From an uncultured Pseudomonadota bacterium (GTDB taxonomy: Bacteria; Pseudomonadota; Alphaproteobacteria; Rs-D84; CACZYB01), in NCBI GenBank assembly GCA_963541275.1, contig CAUTSC010000001.1:73879-137878 (forward strand): a DNA stretch of 64,000 bases, given 5' to 3'. Under the pieces are notes generated by a model. That model was not told where the DNA came from and made no database searches. It was given only the letters and a program-made list of their open reading frames with translations. This document shows, piece after piece, positions 19,749 to 30,154 of the stretch. The first letter of the stretch is position 1. Each line of letters starts with the position of its first letter. The position numbers and the translations under genes were made by a program.

Positions 19749-20424
19749 CATTTTAACACTTTTTCCGGCTATTTTTGAATCTCTTAATATCTCTATGTGT
19801 AAAAGGGCAATTTTAAATAACATCTTAAAATTGAACCTTATAAACATCCGCGACTTTGCAATTGATAATTATAAATCTGTTGATGATACAATATATGGCG
19901 GTGGGGCAGGGCAGTTATTAAAACCAGACGTATTGGGTCGCGCAATTGATAGTTGCTATGATAAACAAAAACCGGCTGGATCAATTATTTATTTATCACC
20001 AAGGGGTAAAGTTTTTAATCAAAACATAGCGGAAAGTTTAAGTAAAGAACCGGAAACAACCTTTATCTGCGGTCATTACGAGGGTATAGATCAAAGGGTG
20101 ATAGAATATTATAACATCACAGAATTAAGCATAGGTGATTTTGTTTTATCAGGGGGCGAATACGCCCTTATCCCAATCATAGATGCAGTTGCAAGATTAA
20201 AAGATGGCGTACTTGGTTCAAGCGATTCGCTGCATGAAGAAAGCTTTTCAAAAACATTAAATGGCATGCTTGAATACCCACAATACACAAAACCAGCAAT
20301 ATGGAATGATTTAAAAGTACCGGATATTTTACTATCCGGCCATCACAAAAACATACAAACCTGGCGCTATGAACAATCCCAAAAACTCACAGAGCAAACC
20401 CGCCCAGATTTAATAAAAAAATAA
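19720..20424 (+). CDS. trmD: tRNA (guanine37-N1)-methyltransferase TrmD.
   Basis: ILTLFPAIFESL start region, ICGHYEGIDQRVIE and SIGDFVLSGGE motifs. Confidence 0.9.
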   Translation: MTNNTSWKVNILTLFPAIFESLNISMCKRAILNNILKLNLINIRDFAIDNYKSVDDTIYGGGAGQLLKPDVLGRAIDSCYDKQKPAGSIIYLSPRGKVFNQNIAESLSKEPETTFICGHYEGIDQRVIEYYNITELSIGDFVLSGGEYALIPIIDAVARLKDGVLGSSDSLHEESFSKTLNGMLEYPQYTKPAIWNDLKVPDILLSGHHKNIQTWRYEQSQKLTEQTRPDLIKK

Positions 20425-20506
20425 ATTTTCCAGTTTTTTAGCTATTTTTATATGTTTTTTTATAAATAAAACTTTGTTATATTTAAAAAACAATTCCACC
20501 AGGAAT

Positions 20507-20530
20507 CTATTTTTCTGTAAAGGAAAATAG
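20507..20530. repeat. Solitary copy of the hairpin repeat (CTATTTTTC-TGTAAA-GGAAAATAG) downstream of the glycine-rich gene.
   Basis: Flanks CCACCAGGAAT...GGCTATTAA match the other copies. Confidence 0.6.
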
Positions 20531-20572
20531 GCTATTAATTTTTAAAATATTATAAAATAACCAGTATTTTTA

Positions 20573-21127
20573 TTACCCTATATATTTATAAATTTTAACA
20601 TATCCATCACCTGAATTTCCATTACCTGATGAAGCACAACTACCAGCATTTACACGACCCTCATCATCAGGAAGGTTTCTAATAAAATAACCACCTTTTG
20701 AACATTCCTTACCTCCATCAAATCCTGTATAGTCCCCTTTTTCTTTTTTTATTTTATAATCATCACAACTTCCTTTACCAGGGATTCCACTAGCTAGTAA
20801 AATAGCAGAGTATGATATTTTACCCCCTGAAGTAAAACTAAAATATTCACAATTTTTATCATAACTGTCTACCGAGTCTAGATCTAAACCTTTACCTCCA
20901 ACTGCACATCCATAACCTCCTCCCCCACCTATTCCAATATGGTTCCAAAAACTTCTACAACCTCCACCACCTCCTCCAGACACATTTATTACTAAACTTT
21001 TATCTTCGAAGGCAAAAGCAGAGCCAGCTCCACCTCCACCACCGAACGAATAATCATCATACCTTCCAGATTTTCCAGATTTTCCAGATTCTCCTGCAAA
21101 TCCAACACAAGCATTATAATATTTCAT
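20573..21127 (-). CDS. Glycine-rich protein, the variable C-terminal portion of cassette B. Either a separate ATGA-coupled ORF or the frameshifted continuation of 21124..21564.
   Basis: Gly runs GGGGGAGSAF and SGGGGGGCRSF...GIGGGGGYGCAVGGKG. Its start overlaps the upstream stop as ATGA. The upstream ORF already ends in the same Gly-rich style (VAGGAGGRGSSDTGRSYAGGIGGLGE). Confidence 0.5.
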   Translation of the reverse strand: MKYYNACVGFAGESGKSGKSGRYDDYSFGGGGGAGSAFAFEDKSLVINVSGGGGGGCRSFWNHIGIGGGGGYGCAVGGKGLDLDSVDSYDKNCEYFSFTSGGKISYSAILLASGIPGKGSCDDYKIKKEKGDYTGFDGGKECSKGGYFIRNLPDDEGRVNAGSCASSGNGNSGDGYVKIYKYIG

Positions 21128-21564
21128 TTTTTTAGCAAAAATACTTTTTGAACTACTTCACCAAGTCCTCCAATACCACCAGCATAACTACGCCCAGTAT
21201 CAGAACTACCTCGTCCACCAGCACCACCTGCAACTATCACTTTATATATTCCAATGTTTAAACTATTTCTTAAATCATTGTTATACATTAGTTGCCAATA
21301 TTTATCATTATTTATTTGCGATTCTGCAAATTTTAAATTCATTTCCAACATAGCAATTTTTTCTTTTTCTTTACTATTTACAATACCATTTGCAATAATT
21401 TCTGCCAACTTGTCTGGATTTTGCAAACTATTTGATACACTTTCATTTATAGTATCTTTCCACCAACTTTTCTTTGGAACGCAAGTATAAAATTCTTGGG
21501 CGTTTACCATAGTTGCCACAAGCATTGCAATCAATAAAGTTATTTTACTAGTTTTTTTCATCAT
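21124..21564 (-). CDS. Secreted protein, cassette B second gene: conserved N-terminal module and the start of a glycine-rich variable domain.
   Basis: MMKKTSKITLLIAMLVATMVNAQEFYTCVPKKSWWKDT, near-identical at nucleotide level to copies A and C for ~110 nt, then divergent. Confidence 0.65.
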   Translation of the reverse strand: MMKKTSKITLLIAMLVATMVNAQEFYTCVPKKSWWKDTINESVSNSLQNPDKLAEIIANGIVNSKEKEKIAMLEMNLKFAESQINNDKYWQLMYNNDLRNSLNIGIYKVIVAGGAGGRGSSDTGRSYAGGIGGLGEVVQKVFLLKK

Positions 21565-21584
21565 AGTTTTCTCCTTTCTTTTTG

Positions 21585-22112
21585 TTATGATTGTTTAAAC
21601 ATTTCGTATCCTGACGGACAATTGTTTCTTAAATCAATAAGCTCCATTCCATCTGGACATTTTCCATTTGTGATTTTTTTTAACTCGTACCCATCTGGAC
21701 AGATTCCTTTACTTGGCGCAAACAGATCCATCCCTGCGGGGCAATTTCCACCACTTACTTTTATTCCAGTTGTACCATCCGGGCATACAACTTGATTGCA
21801 GCTTTGGAATGTTGTTTTGTTTAGTATCGTTCCAACTGGACAGCTTTTACATAACCTATCACTTGGCGACCAATAATTATTCGCTTTCAATCCAGTTGTT
21901 GCATCCACCCTGTTGCATTTTACTTTGCAACCTGGTTTATCACATATTGGTTCATCCGGTCTCCCACAAATTTCCTTACCCCCGGAACTTATTCCATATT
22001 TTGCTAGCGTCTCGTGTATAAGCTTCTTTGTTGCTTCACTTGCACCAAAAGAACCGGATTTACACAGCAATAAGTTGACCAAAATTGCATACTTGATTTT
22101 TGTTTTTTTCAT
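21585..22112 (-). CDS. Secreted cysteine-rich CPxG-repeat protein, cassette B.
   Basis: 175 aa, colinear with 7088..7597 and 35494..36021; signal peptide plus about 16 Cys. Confidence 0.7.
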   Translation of the reverse strand: MKKTKIKYAILVNLLLCKSGSFGASEATKKLIHETLAKYGISSGGKEICGRPDEPICDKPGCKVKCNRVDATTGLKANNYWSPSDRLCKSCPVGTILNKTTFQSCNQVVCPDGTTGIKVSGGNCPAGMDLFAPSKGICPDGYELKKITNGKCPDGMELIDLRNNCPSGYEMFKQS

Positions 22113-22320
22113 ATAGTCTCTCCCTGTTTTGATAGGAAGTTAGCAACTATCAATGAATGCAAATAGTGTATAGTATTGGGTATTTCTATACCTTCCTACC
22201 TTGCAGTAGGATAACCCACAAAACACCATTAAAAAAAATGATGCTCACTCATTGAGGGTTGTCACACCCTGTCATTTGTTTTCATAATAAAATTAAAATT
22301 TTCTTTATACAAGTGAAAAA
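22113..22320 (-). promoter_or_regulatory. Conserved structured leader plus promoter-like box, cassette B.
   Basis: Same ordered motifs as 7598..7800; CTTGTATAAAGA at 22303-22314 (minus strand). Confidence 0.5.
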
Positions 22321-22327
22321 ATCTGTA

Positions 22328-24343
22328 CTAAAATTTGTATATATTTGCATAGCTTTGAAATTCAATATCATCCGCTGACAATTCTTTTAAAAACACAGAT
22401 GGTAAATTTTGTTGATATTGCCCAAATGTCCGGCGAGATCCAGCAAAAAATATCTCTACAATCTTTTTTGCCCTTGTAATACCAACATAGGCAAGTCGTC
22501 TTTCTTCCTCTATTGATGATTGCATATTTTCCGCCAAACTTTTTTCATTTGGAAAAATTCCCATCTCCCACCCTGGCAAAAATACTATATCAAATTCCAG
22601 CCCTTTTGCAGCATGCAAAGTCATAAGGGATACATATTCTTGATTTATATCATCATTATTATTTTTTTCTGTAAACAAAGTTATATATTCCAAAAATTCC
22701 GGGATTGATTCAAAATCCGATTTTATAATTCCAATAAATTCCAATATGTTTTGAATTTTTCCCTCTGCTTCTATCTTTTTGGAATTGTGCCACATATTCA
22801 CATAACCAGACTCGTAAATTATATTTTCCACCAACTTTGCTTGATCAACAACTTTACTTGACAATAAATCAATATTTTTCCCTTGATAGGTTAAACGCCA
22901 TCTGTAAAAATCATCAACAAATTTTTGTAAATTTATACCGGCTTTACCGGTGATTTTGTTTTGTTTTAATAAATTATCAAGAGCATCAAACATAGACACA
23001 GAATTTTCATTTGCATATTGTTTTATTGTTTGTAGTGTCCTTTCCCCAACACCACGACGTGGCACATTAACAATTCTTTCAAATGATAAATCATCCTTTG
23101 GATAAACAAGTAATCTTAAATAAGCAATAATATCTTTTATTTCTTGCCTGTCATAAAATTTCAAACCGCCAATAATTTTATAAGAAATGCCGGCTCTTAT
23201 TAACTGCTCTTCAAACAATCTTGTTTGATACCCGGCACGAACCAAAATTGCCATTTCCGATAACTTGTATTTTTTTCTTTGATAATATGAAATTTGATCT
23301 ATTATCTGTAAAGCTTCTTCTTCACCATTATACACACCATGAACTTGCACTTTATAATTTTCTTCATTTTCTATTGTGCTTTCACATGGGACAAGTTGTT
23401 TGCCAAGCCGGTTTTTATTGTGTGAAATAAGATGTGATGCAGCATTTAAAATATGCGATGTTGACCTGTAATTTGTTTCTAACCTTATAACTCTTGCATC
23501 TTTAAAATCTTGTTCAAATTTTAAAATATTATCAATTTCTGCCCCACGCCAAGAATAAATTGATTGATCATCATCACCAACACAACAAATATTATTATGT
23601 GCGGCAGACAACATTTTCAAAAGTTTATATTGTATAAGGTTTGTATCTTGATACTCATCAACTAAAATATATCTAAACTTATTTTGAAATTTTAACAAAG
23701 TATCCGGATCTTTTTGAAAAATTATATATGGATATAAAAGTAAATCACTAAAATCAACTGCATTTAATTCCAACAATTTTTTTTGATACAACTTGTAAAT
23801 ATCAAGTAAATATCCATTAACACTTTCTGTTTCATAATATGGAATATCATCATCAACACTATATCCTTTATCTTTAAGCTTGCATATATTTTCCAAAACT
23901 ATTGCTGGGTTCCATTTTTTCGTATCAATATTAAGGTCATTTTCCATAATCTGCTTTACAATAGTTTTTTGATCATTTTCATCATAAATCAAAAAGTTTT
24001 TTTCTAAGCCCACAATTTCCGGATTTTGTCGCAAAATTTTAAGCCCTATAGAATGAAAAGTTCCAATCCATAAATTTTCACTTTTATCCCCTATCATATT
24101 TTTAATACGAGATTTCATTTCATTGGCAGCTTTGTTTGTAAAAGTTACCGCCAAAATCTGCCATGGAAAAGCCAGCCCTTTTTGTATAATATATGAAATC
24201 CTTGCTGTTAAAACCTTTGTCTTTCCGGTTCCTGCCCCTGATAATACCAACAAAGGACCCTCGGTTGTTTTAACCGCCAACAGCTGCTGGTTATTTAAAA
24301 CATCAAGATATTTAAAATCTGCATCTGTTGTATCTATATTCAT
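22328..24343 (-). CDS. uvrD: UvrD/Rep/PcrA-family ATP-dependent DNA helicase.
   Basis: 671 aa. Walker A GAGTGKTKVL, DEYQDTN helicase motif II, and full set of SF1 motifs. Confidence 0.85.
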   Translation of the reverse strand: MNIDTTDADFKYLDVLNNQQLLAVKTTEGPLLVLSGAGTGKTKVLTARISYIIQKGLAFPWQILAVTFTNKAANEMKSRIKNMIGDKSENLWIGTFHSIGLKILRQNPEIVGLEKNFLIYDENDQKTIVKQIMENDLNIDTKKWNPAIVLENICKLKDKGYSVDDDIPYYETESVNGYLLDIYKLYQKKLLELNAVDFSDLLLYPYIIFQKDPDTLLKFQNKFRYILVDEYQDTNLIQYKLLKMLSAAHNNICCVGDDDQSIYSWRGAEIDNILKFEQDFKDARVIRLETNYRSTSHILNAASHLISHNKNRLGKQLVPCESTIENEENYKVQVHGVYNGEEEALQIIDQISYYQRKKYKLSEMAILVRAGYQTRLFEEQLIRAGISYKIIGGLKFYDRQEIKDIIAYLRLLVYPKDDLSFERIVNVPRRGVGERTLQTIKQYANENSVSMFDALDNLLKQNKITGKAGINLQKFVDDFYRWRLTYQGKNIDLLSSKVVDQAKLVENIIYESGYVNMWHNSKKIEAEGKIQNILEFIGIIKSDFESIPEFLEYITLFTEKNNNDDINQEYVSLMTLHAAKGLEFDIVFLPGWEMGIFPNEKSLAENMQSSIEEERRLAYVGITRAKKIVEIFFAGSRRTFGQYQQNLPSVFLKELSADDIEFQSYANIYKF

Positions 24344-24367
24344 AAAACAATTTATAAAAACCGGTTT

Positions 24368-24844
24368 TTATTTCTTTTCTTCGGTTTTTTGTATCTCTAT
24401 TTTATTAAAATCTATCGCTGTCATAACAAAAGGTGGAAAACCACTATCTTTTGTAAGTATGCTTACTATCTCTCTTACATAAGGATATAAATATGGTGAT
24501 ACTTCCTTTATAAGTGTTTCAACAATTTTGTCAGCTGCAAGTTCTTGTGGATTAATACTTACCATGGCAGAATAAGAAATCTCAATCAAAAACAAAGTTT
24601 TTTCAGCTATCTTACTTGAAACTTGAAGTTGTAAATTAACCTCAAATAAATTTTCACCAGAATTTATTGTTTTTATTTCAAATTTAGTGTCAATGCTTGG
24701 TGCAGTCTCGTTCTTTTCAAAAAACACAGCTGGCGAACTTGGTGCTTCAAATGATAAATCTTTTAAAAATTGATTAAGTATTTGAAATTTTTTGTTATTC
24801 ATATCATTATTCATAAAATTACCCTTTAAATTATAAAAAAACAT
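24368..24844 (-). CDS. secB: Protein-export chaperone SecB.
   Basis: QILNQFLKDLSFEAPSSP N-terminal signature; ~150 aa. Confidence 0.8.
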   Translation of the reverse strand: MFFYNLKGNFMNNDMNNKKFQILNQFLKDLSFEAPSSPAVFFEKNETAPSIDTKFEIKTINSGENLFEVNLQLQVSSKIAEKTLFLIEISYSAMVSINPQELAADKIVETLIKEVSPYLYPYVREIVSILTKDSGFPPFVMTAIDFNKIEIQKTEEKK

Positions 24845-24900
24845 ACTATATAATATAAAGTAAAGTAAAATAAAAACAACAATTTTTTAAAAGGTTATTT

Positions 24901-25572
24901 ATGACTATAACATCTATTGATATTGTGATTTTGGGGCTTTTTGTTGCCATAGTTTTTGCAATTTATAAAATGCTTAAAACTGACAGGAATATTTTATCTG
25001 TGAAAGTTATCAAACTTGATAATGTTTTGCCAACAAATAAAATAAATGTTTTGGATGATAAAAAAAACGAAAATATCACAGGTGAAGATTTAAAATCTTT
25101 TGTAAGCGAAATTGAAAAACAAGCTGGATATAACATTATTTTCAAAGAGCTTAAAAAATATGATAAAACTTTTTCTCCATTGCAAATGTTTAATGATATT
25201 CGTGAATTTTTTAAAACAATTTTTGCTTCATTTTATGCGCGTGATATAAAAAAAATCACACCCCAATTATCAAATGAAGTTTTACAAAAATTCCAAACAG
25301 AAATTGACGAGCTTAATAAAAACAAACAAACAATAATTGCAGATTTAATAAGAGTGAAAAGTATCAATATAAAAGATATAAAAATAAATAAGAAAAAGTT
25401 AATAGTTATGGTGGAATTTATAACTGAACAAACCGCATGCGTAAAAGATGAAAATGATAAAGTTATAAAAGGTGATGACAATAAAATAGAAAGCATAAAA
25501 GATTTTTGGTGTATAACAAAAAATTATGCAATCAAAAATCCAACATGGGAACTTGAAAAAACAATTGGATAA
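24901..25572 (+). CDS. Tim44-like domain membrane protein, commonly adjacent to secB in alphaproteobacteria.
   Basis: N-terminal transmembrane helix, 223 aa, position next to secB. Confidence 0.4.
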   Translation: MTITSIDIVILGLFVAIVFAIYKMLKTDRNILSVKVIKLDNVLPTNKINVLDDKKNENITGEDLKSFVSEIEKQAGYNIIFKELKKYDKTFSPLQMFNDIREFFKTIFASFYARDIKKITPQLSNEVLQKFQTEIDELNKNKQTIIADLIRVKSINIKDIKINKKKLIVMVEFITEQTACVKDENDKVIKGDDNKIESIKDFWCITKNYAIKNPTWELEKTIG

Positions 25573-25817
25573 GGATTTATTATGCAACATATAACTCTTG
25601 GTGGTTCAAGAAGAAAAAATAAAACCATAAAAAACAAAATTATAGCTGGCATTTTGTTGGTGCTGATTATTTTTTTAGCAATGTTTAAACCACAAATAAA
25701 AGTGTCAAATACTTCTATAAAATTGGAAACTCCAAAACCTCGTGAAATAGAGTGATTTTTATTTACATTAAAAATTTTTTGTGATAGTTTTTTTATATAA
25801 ATATTGGAGATTTTTTT

Positions 25818-26384
25818 ATGTATGATAGTTTTGATAATTTAAAAGCTGATTTATCAGTTAAGATGGAAAAAACTATAAATGTTTTAAAACAAAATTTAAC
25901 AGGGCTTAGGACTGGACGAGCATCAGTTAACTTACTTGATAACATTATGGTGCTTGCATATGGAACGCCAACTCCTATAAATCAGGTGGCAAGCCTGTCA
26001 ACTCCCGAGGCAAGACTTATCAGTGTTTCCGTATGGGACAGGGGATTAACATCCGCAGTTGAAAAAGCAATAAGGGATGCAAATCTTGGTCTAAATCCAG
26101 CAGCAGACGGCTCTTTGATAAGGGTTCCAATCCCAGAGTTAACAGAAGAAAGAAGAAAAGAGCTAACCAAAATTGCAAGCGGTTATGCCGAAGATGCAAA
26201 AATAGCAATAAGAAGTATAAGACGTGAAGGTATGGATGAAATAAAATCTATGGAAAAAGAAAAAATTATTTCCGAAGATGATAAAAAAAATTATGAAACG
26301 GAAGTACAAAAATTAACCGACTCTGTGATTTCATCAATCGATTCTTTGCTTGCCGAAAAACAAAAAGATATTATGATAGTATAG
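25818..26384 (+). CDS. frr: Ribosome recycling factor.
   Basis: LRTGRASVNLLDNIMVLAYGTPTPINQVASLSTPEARLI. Confidence 0.9.
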   Translation: MYDSFDNLKADLSVKMEKTINVLKQNLTGLRTGRASVNLLDNIMVLAYGTPTPINQVASLSTPEARLISVSVWDRGLTSAVEKAIRDANLGLNPAADGSLIRVPIPELTEERRKELTKIASGYAEDAKIAIRSIRREGMDEIKSMEKEKIISEDDKKNYETEVQKLTDSVISSIDSLLAEKQKDIMIV

Positions 26385-26393
26385 AGTTTTATT

Positions 26394-27113
26394 ATGACAA
26401 CCGATATTTCAAATCTTAAAATTCCAAACCATGTTGCAATAATTGCAGATGGAAATGGTCGTTGGGCAAAATCAAGGGGATTGCCACGAACTATTGGTCA
26501 TACAAATGGTATGAAAGCAATAGAAAAATTGATCCCAGCATGTCAAAAACAAGGAATAAAAATTTTGACACTTTATCTTTTTTCAACCGAAAATTGGAAC
26601 AGACCAGAAAGTGAAGTTTCCTTTTTAATGAACCTTTTTTACAGATATCTAACAAAAGAATTTAAACAACTTATAGAAAATAAGGTACGTTTCAAAGTTC
26701 TTGGTGATAAGTCCAGGTTTTCACCCGAAATTCAAGATGCTATGATTGAGCTTGAAAATAAAACCAAAGATTTTACAGATTTTACTTTAAATTGTGCCTT
26801 GAACTATGGCGGACATGCAGAAATTTTACGGGCAACAAAAAATATTGTTAAAGATGTTAAAGATGGCAAAATCACAGAAAAAGATATAAACGAAACTATG
26901 TTTGAAAATTATCTTTATACCGCCGGACAACCAATGCCTGATTTAATCATAAGACCGGGTGGAGAGCAAAGGTTAAGCGGATTTTTATTGTGGCAAAGTT
27001 TTTACAGCGAACTTTATTTCCCAAAATTTTATTTCCCAGATTTTGATGAAGAAAAATTGGTGGAAGCAATAAAAGAATATAATACAAGGGACAGACGATA
27101 TGGAAAAGTTTAA
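26394..27113 (+). CDS. uppS: Undecaprenyl diphosphate synthase.
   Basis: HVAIIADGNGRWAK motif; frr-uppS-cdsA synteny. Confidence 0.9.
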   Translation: MTTDISNLKIPNHVAIIADGNGRWAKSRGLPRTIGHTNGMKAIEKLIPACQKQGIKILTLYLFSTENWNRPESEVSFLMNLFYRYLTKEFKQLIENKVRFKVLGDKSRFSPEIQDAMIELENKTKDFTDFTLNCALNYGGHAEILRATKNIVKDVKDGKITEKDINETMFENYLYTAGQPMPDLIIRPGGEQRLSGFLLWQSFYSELYFPKFYFPDFDEEKLVEAIKEYNTRDRRYGKV

Positions 27114-27963
27114 AAAATTTTTAAATACAGATCCAAAATTAAGAACATTTACTGCAATTATTATGTTTGCTGTTGTTTTTGCCGCTTATAAAATCGGATT
27201 TTGGGGAATTAACGGCTTGATAATTGCTATCACATCAGCAATGATTTACGAATATGATAAAATGTTTAATAAAAAACTGGGGCTGTCTTTTTTAATTGAT
27301 GAACTTGTAATTGTTGGCTCACTGCTTTATTTTGTATTAAATAAAAAAAATATAATAATTTATGATAGTCATTTATATAAAACTTTTGCAACTTTACTTA
27401 TTTATTTTTGTATAAAACTTATATCTAATTCTATGTTAAATAAAAAACGCTGGTTTCTTGAAAGTTTGCAACCTGTTTATATAGGTATAGGTTCATTTTC
27501 AGTTTTAGTTTTATATAACACGAATATCCCTGCTTTGATTTATGCATTTATCATAACTATAACAACCGATACATCTGCATTTTTCATAGGACGAAAATTA
27601 AAAGGTCCCAAACTTTGTCCGAAAATAAGTCCAAATAAAACAATAAGTGGTGCATTGGGAGGCTTTATTACAACTTATGCAATTTCAACAACTATAATAA
27701 TTTTATATAGTTTAAAAAATAAAGTTGATGATAATAAATTCATCTATTTTATGGCAGTTGCAAATATATTTTTACCTATTATTTCACAACTTGGCGATCT
27801 TTTCGAATCCCATATAAAAAGATTAAATAATGTAAAAGATACCAGCAACTTACTTCCAGGACATGGTGGCTTACTTGACAGATTCGACAGCATACTTTTT
27901 ATAGCACCAAGTGTTCTTTCAACTTTGATACTATTTGTAATATTTATTTTTAGGGTTTTTTAG
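27100..27963 (+). CDS. cdsA: Phosphatidate cytidylyltransferase.
   Basis: Polytopic membrane protein; C-terminal SQLGDLFESHIKR...PGHGGLLDRFDS signature. Confidence 0.85.
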   Translation: MEKFKKFLNTDPKLRTFTAIIMFAVVFAAYKIGFWGINGLIIAITSAMIYEYDKMFNKKLGLSFLIDELVIVGSLLYFVLNKKNIIIYDSHLYKTFATLLIYFCIKLISNSMLNKKRWFLESLQPVYIGIGSFSVLVLYNTNIPALIYAFIITITTDTSAFFIGRKLKGPKLCPKISPNKTISGALGGFITTYAISTTIIILYSLKNKVDDNKFIYFMAVANIFLPIISQLGDLFESHIKRLNNVKDTSNLLPGHGGLLDRFDSILFIAPSVLSTLILFVIFIFRVF

Positions 27964-27974
27964 CTGTAATTTTT

Positions 27975-28475
27975 CTAATTAACAGAGCTGTTTCTTTTTA
28001 AAATACGGGCTTTATTTTTATCCCATTCTCTCTGCTTAATTGTTTCACGTTTATCAATTTTATTTTTACCTGTTCCAACCCCTATTAACAATTTTGCAAG
28101 CCCTTTTTCATTAAAAAATAATTTAAGCGGGATAATAGTAATATGCTCTTTACTATAAAGACCAATCAAACGTTTAATCTCTTTTTTTTGTAATAAAAGT
28201 TGCCTTGGTCTTTTTTCTGTATGTATGGCAAAGGGATTATTTGCCTCATATTTACCTATTGTAATATTGTTTATAAGTATGTTGTTATCACTTGGTGTTG
28301 CATACCCATCCACAATATTGGCATGACCCATTCTCAAGCTTTTAACTTCACTACCTGTAAGGGATAATCCAGCAACAAAAGTTTCCATAATTGTATAATT
28401 AAAACCGGCTTTTCTGTTTTCTGCAACAACGCCGGTTGATATAAAATGTTTAACTTTTGCTTTACTATTCACCAT
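27975..28475 (-). CDS. smpB: SsrA-binding protein SmpB.
   Basis: GFNYTIMETFVAGLSLTGSEVKSLR...HEP...RPRQLLLQKKEI. Confidence 0.9.
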   Translation of the reverse strand: MVNSKAKVKHFISTGVVAENRKAGFNYTIMETFVAGLSLTGSEVKSLRMGHANIVDGYATPSDNNILINNITIGKYEANNPFAIHTEKRPRQLLLQKKEIKRLIGLYSKEHITIIPLKLFFNEKGLAKLLIGVGTGKNKIDKRETIKQREWDKNKARILKRNSSVN

Positions 28476-29233
28476 TATTTACACGATTTTTTTATTAAGT
28501 TTGCAATATCTTCTTGCTTTTCATCAACTTTTACTTTTGGCATATTCATATCAAAATTGATATTCACACCATCACCTGCTGCTTTTCCAAAATTAATAGT
28601 TGGCAGTTTAAAATCAAGATCTACATTATAACTTTCCATATTATAACCTTGAAGCTTTTTTGCATAAAACAAAGAGATTTTTTCTAAATCTTTCTTATCA
28701 AAAATACAAGTTGTGGTTTTTGTTCCTGTCTCTTTAAACACACATTTTTCATTTTCTGCCTTTACTTCTTTTTTTGATTTTTTGCTTGTATCAAAAGTTG
28801 CAGTTGATGTGATATTAAATTCATGACAATTTTTAAGGTTTGATAAAAATTTATTATCCATCTTGTCAAGATTTCTTTTATCCCCAAAATCAAGATTAAT
28901 ATTTGTTTTTAACTTTGCACCTGTATTGCCAATTTTTTTTGCTTCTTTATTTATATCTTTCATTGTTTCATCATCAAGAACAGAATTTATTGTTTCACCC
29001 GCAGTGGCAAGAACAGCACCAAGTAAAGATCCCCTGCCACCAGTTTTGATATTTGCATTTATTTTTTGATTGTCATCTTTTTCCTTTGTCATAGAAATAT
29101 CAATTTCTGTTCCAACATTTTGCTCTTCTTGTTGAACTTGTTTTTTATCAGTGTTATCACAACCAGCAACAACAAAACAACCAAGCATAACACTTAATAC
29201 AGATATTTTATTTAAATAAAATTTTGATTTCAT
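28475..29233 (-). CDS. Putative lipoprotein (Lys/Asp-rich).
   Basis: Lipobox LGCFVVAGCDN; no recognisable domain. Confidence 0.55.
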   Translation of the reverse strand: MKSKFYLNKISVLSVMLGCFVVAGCDNTDKKQVQQEEQNVGTEIDISMTKEKDDNQKINANIKTGGRGSLLGAVLATAGETINSVLDDETMKDINKEAKKIGNTGAKLKTNINLDFGDKRNLDKMDNKFLSNLKNCHEFNITSTATFDTSKKSKKEVKAENEKCVFKETGTKTTTCIFDKKDLEKISLFYAKKLQGYNMESYNVDLDFKLPTINFGKAAGDGVNINFDMNMPKVKVDEKQEDIANLIKKSCK

Positions 29234-30096
29234 AATTCCTCCTTTTTATTTAATCTTATACCTATATTATATATATTTTTTTTTGGTGTTTCAAGAATAA
29301 CAGACAACAACTCACTTGCATCTTTAAGAGATAATTTTTTCCCTATCACACGCAAATATTTTTCAATCTTTCCTGCATCCATATCTTGACACTTATCAAC
29401 ATACGGATAAACAAGCCCCACAAATTCGCCCTTTGGAGTATTTACTGAAAAATATTGCAATAATTCACTGGCAGTTCCAATTTTCACCTCTTCATATATC
29501 TTTGTCATTTCTCTTGCAATTGCAATTTTTCTGTCAGGCAGAATATTTTTAATCGTGCGCAAAGTTTCAATAATTCTATTTGGTGATTCATAAAAAATTG
29601 TTGTTGCATCAAAATTTTTAATATTTTCAAAAATCCGGCTTTTTTCAACAAGTTTTGTCGGAACAAACCCAATAAATGAAAATTTATTTGTTGGAAATCC
29701 AGACAAAGTTAACGCACCAATCACTGCACTTGCCCCAGGAATAATTGTAATATAAAAATCATTTTCACGTAAATCACTTACAATTTTATAACCTGGATCT
29801 GAAATAAGCGGAGTCCCAGCATCACTGACAAGAGCAATTGCAAAACCCAGCTTTATTTTATTTTTTATAAAATCAACCTTGTCTTTTTCATTATAATTAT
29901 GAACTGAAAATAGGGGAGTTTTTATATTATAATGAGACAGCAATTTTTTTGAAACCCTGGTATCTTCGCATGCAATCAAATCAACATCATTCAAAGTTTT
30001 AATCGCACGAAAACTGATATCATCCAAATTTCCAATAGGAGTAGATACAATATAAAATCCTGCCTTTAATTTATTTTTTGGAAAATCACTTGTCAT
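29230..30096 (-). CDS. rsmI: 16S rRNA (cytidine1402-2'-O)-methyltransferase RsmI.
   Basis: GFYIVSTPIGNLDDISFRAIKTL tetrapyrrole-methylase-fold N-terminus. Confidence 0.85.
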   Translation of the reverse strand: MTSDFPKNKLKAGFYIVSTPIGNLDDISFRAIKTLNDVDLIACEDTRVSKKLLSHYNIKTPLFSVHNYNEKDKVDFIKNKIKLGFAIALVSDAGTPLISDPGYKIVSDLRENDFYITIIPGASAVIGALTLSGFPTNKFSFIGFVPTKLVEKSRIFENIKNFDATTIFYESPNRIIETLRTIKNILPDRKIAIAREMTKIYEEVKIGTASELLQYFSVNTPKGEFVGLVYPYVDKCQDMDAGKIEKYLRVIGKKLSLKDASELLSVILETPKKNIYNIGIRLNKKEEL

Positions 30097-30154
30097 AAGA
30101 AAAAGCCTGTTATAATATATAATTATAGTATGGTTATAACAAAAAGAAAAGAAT

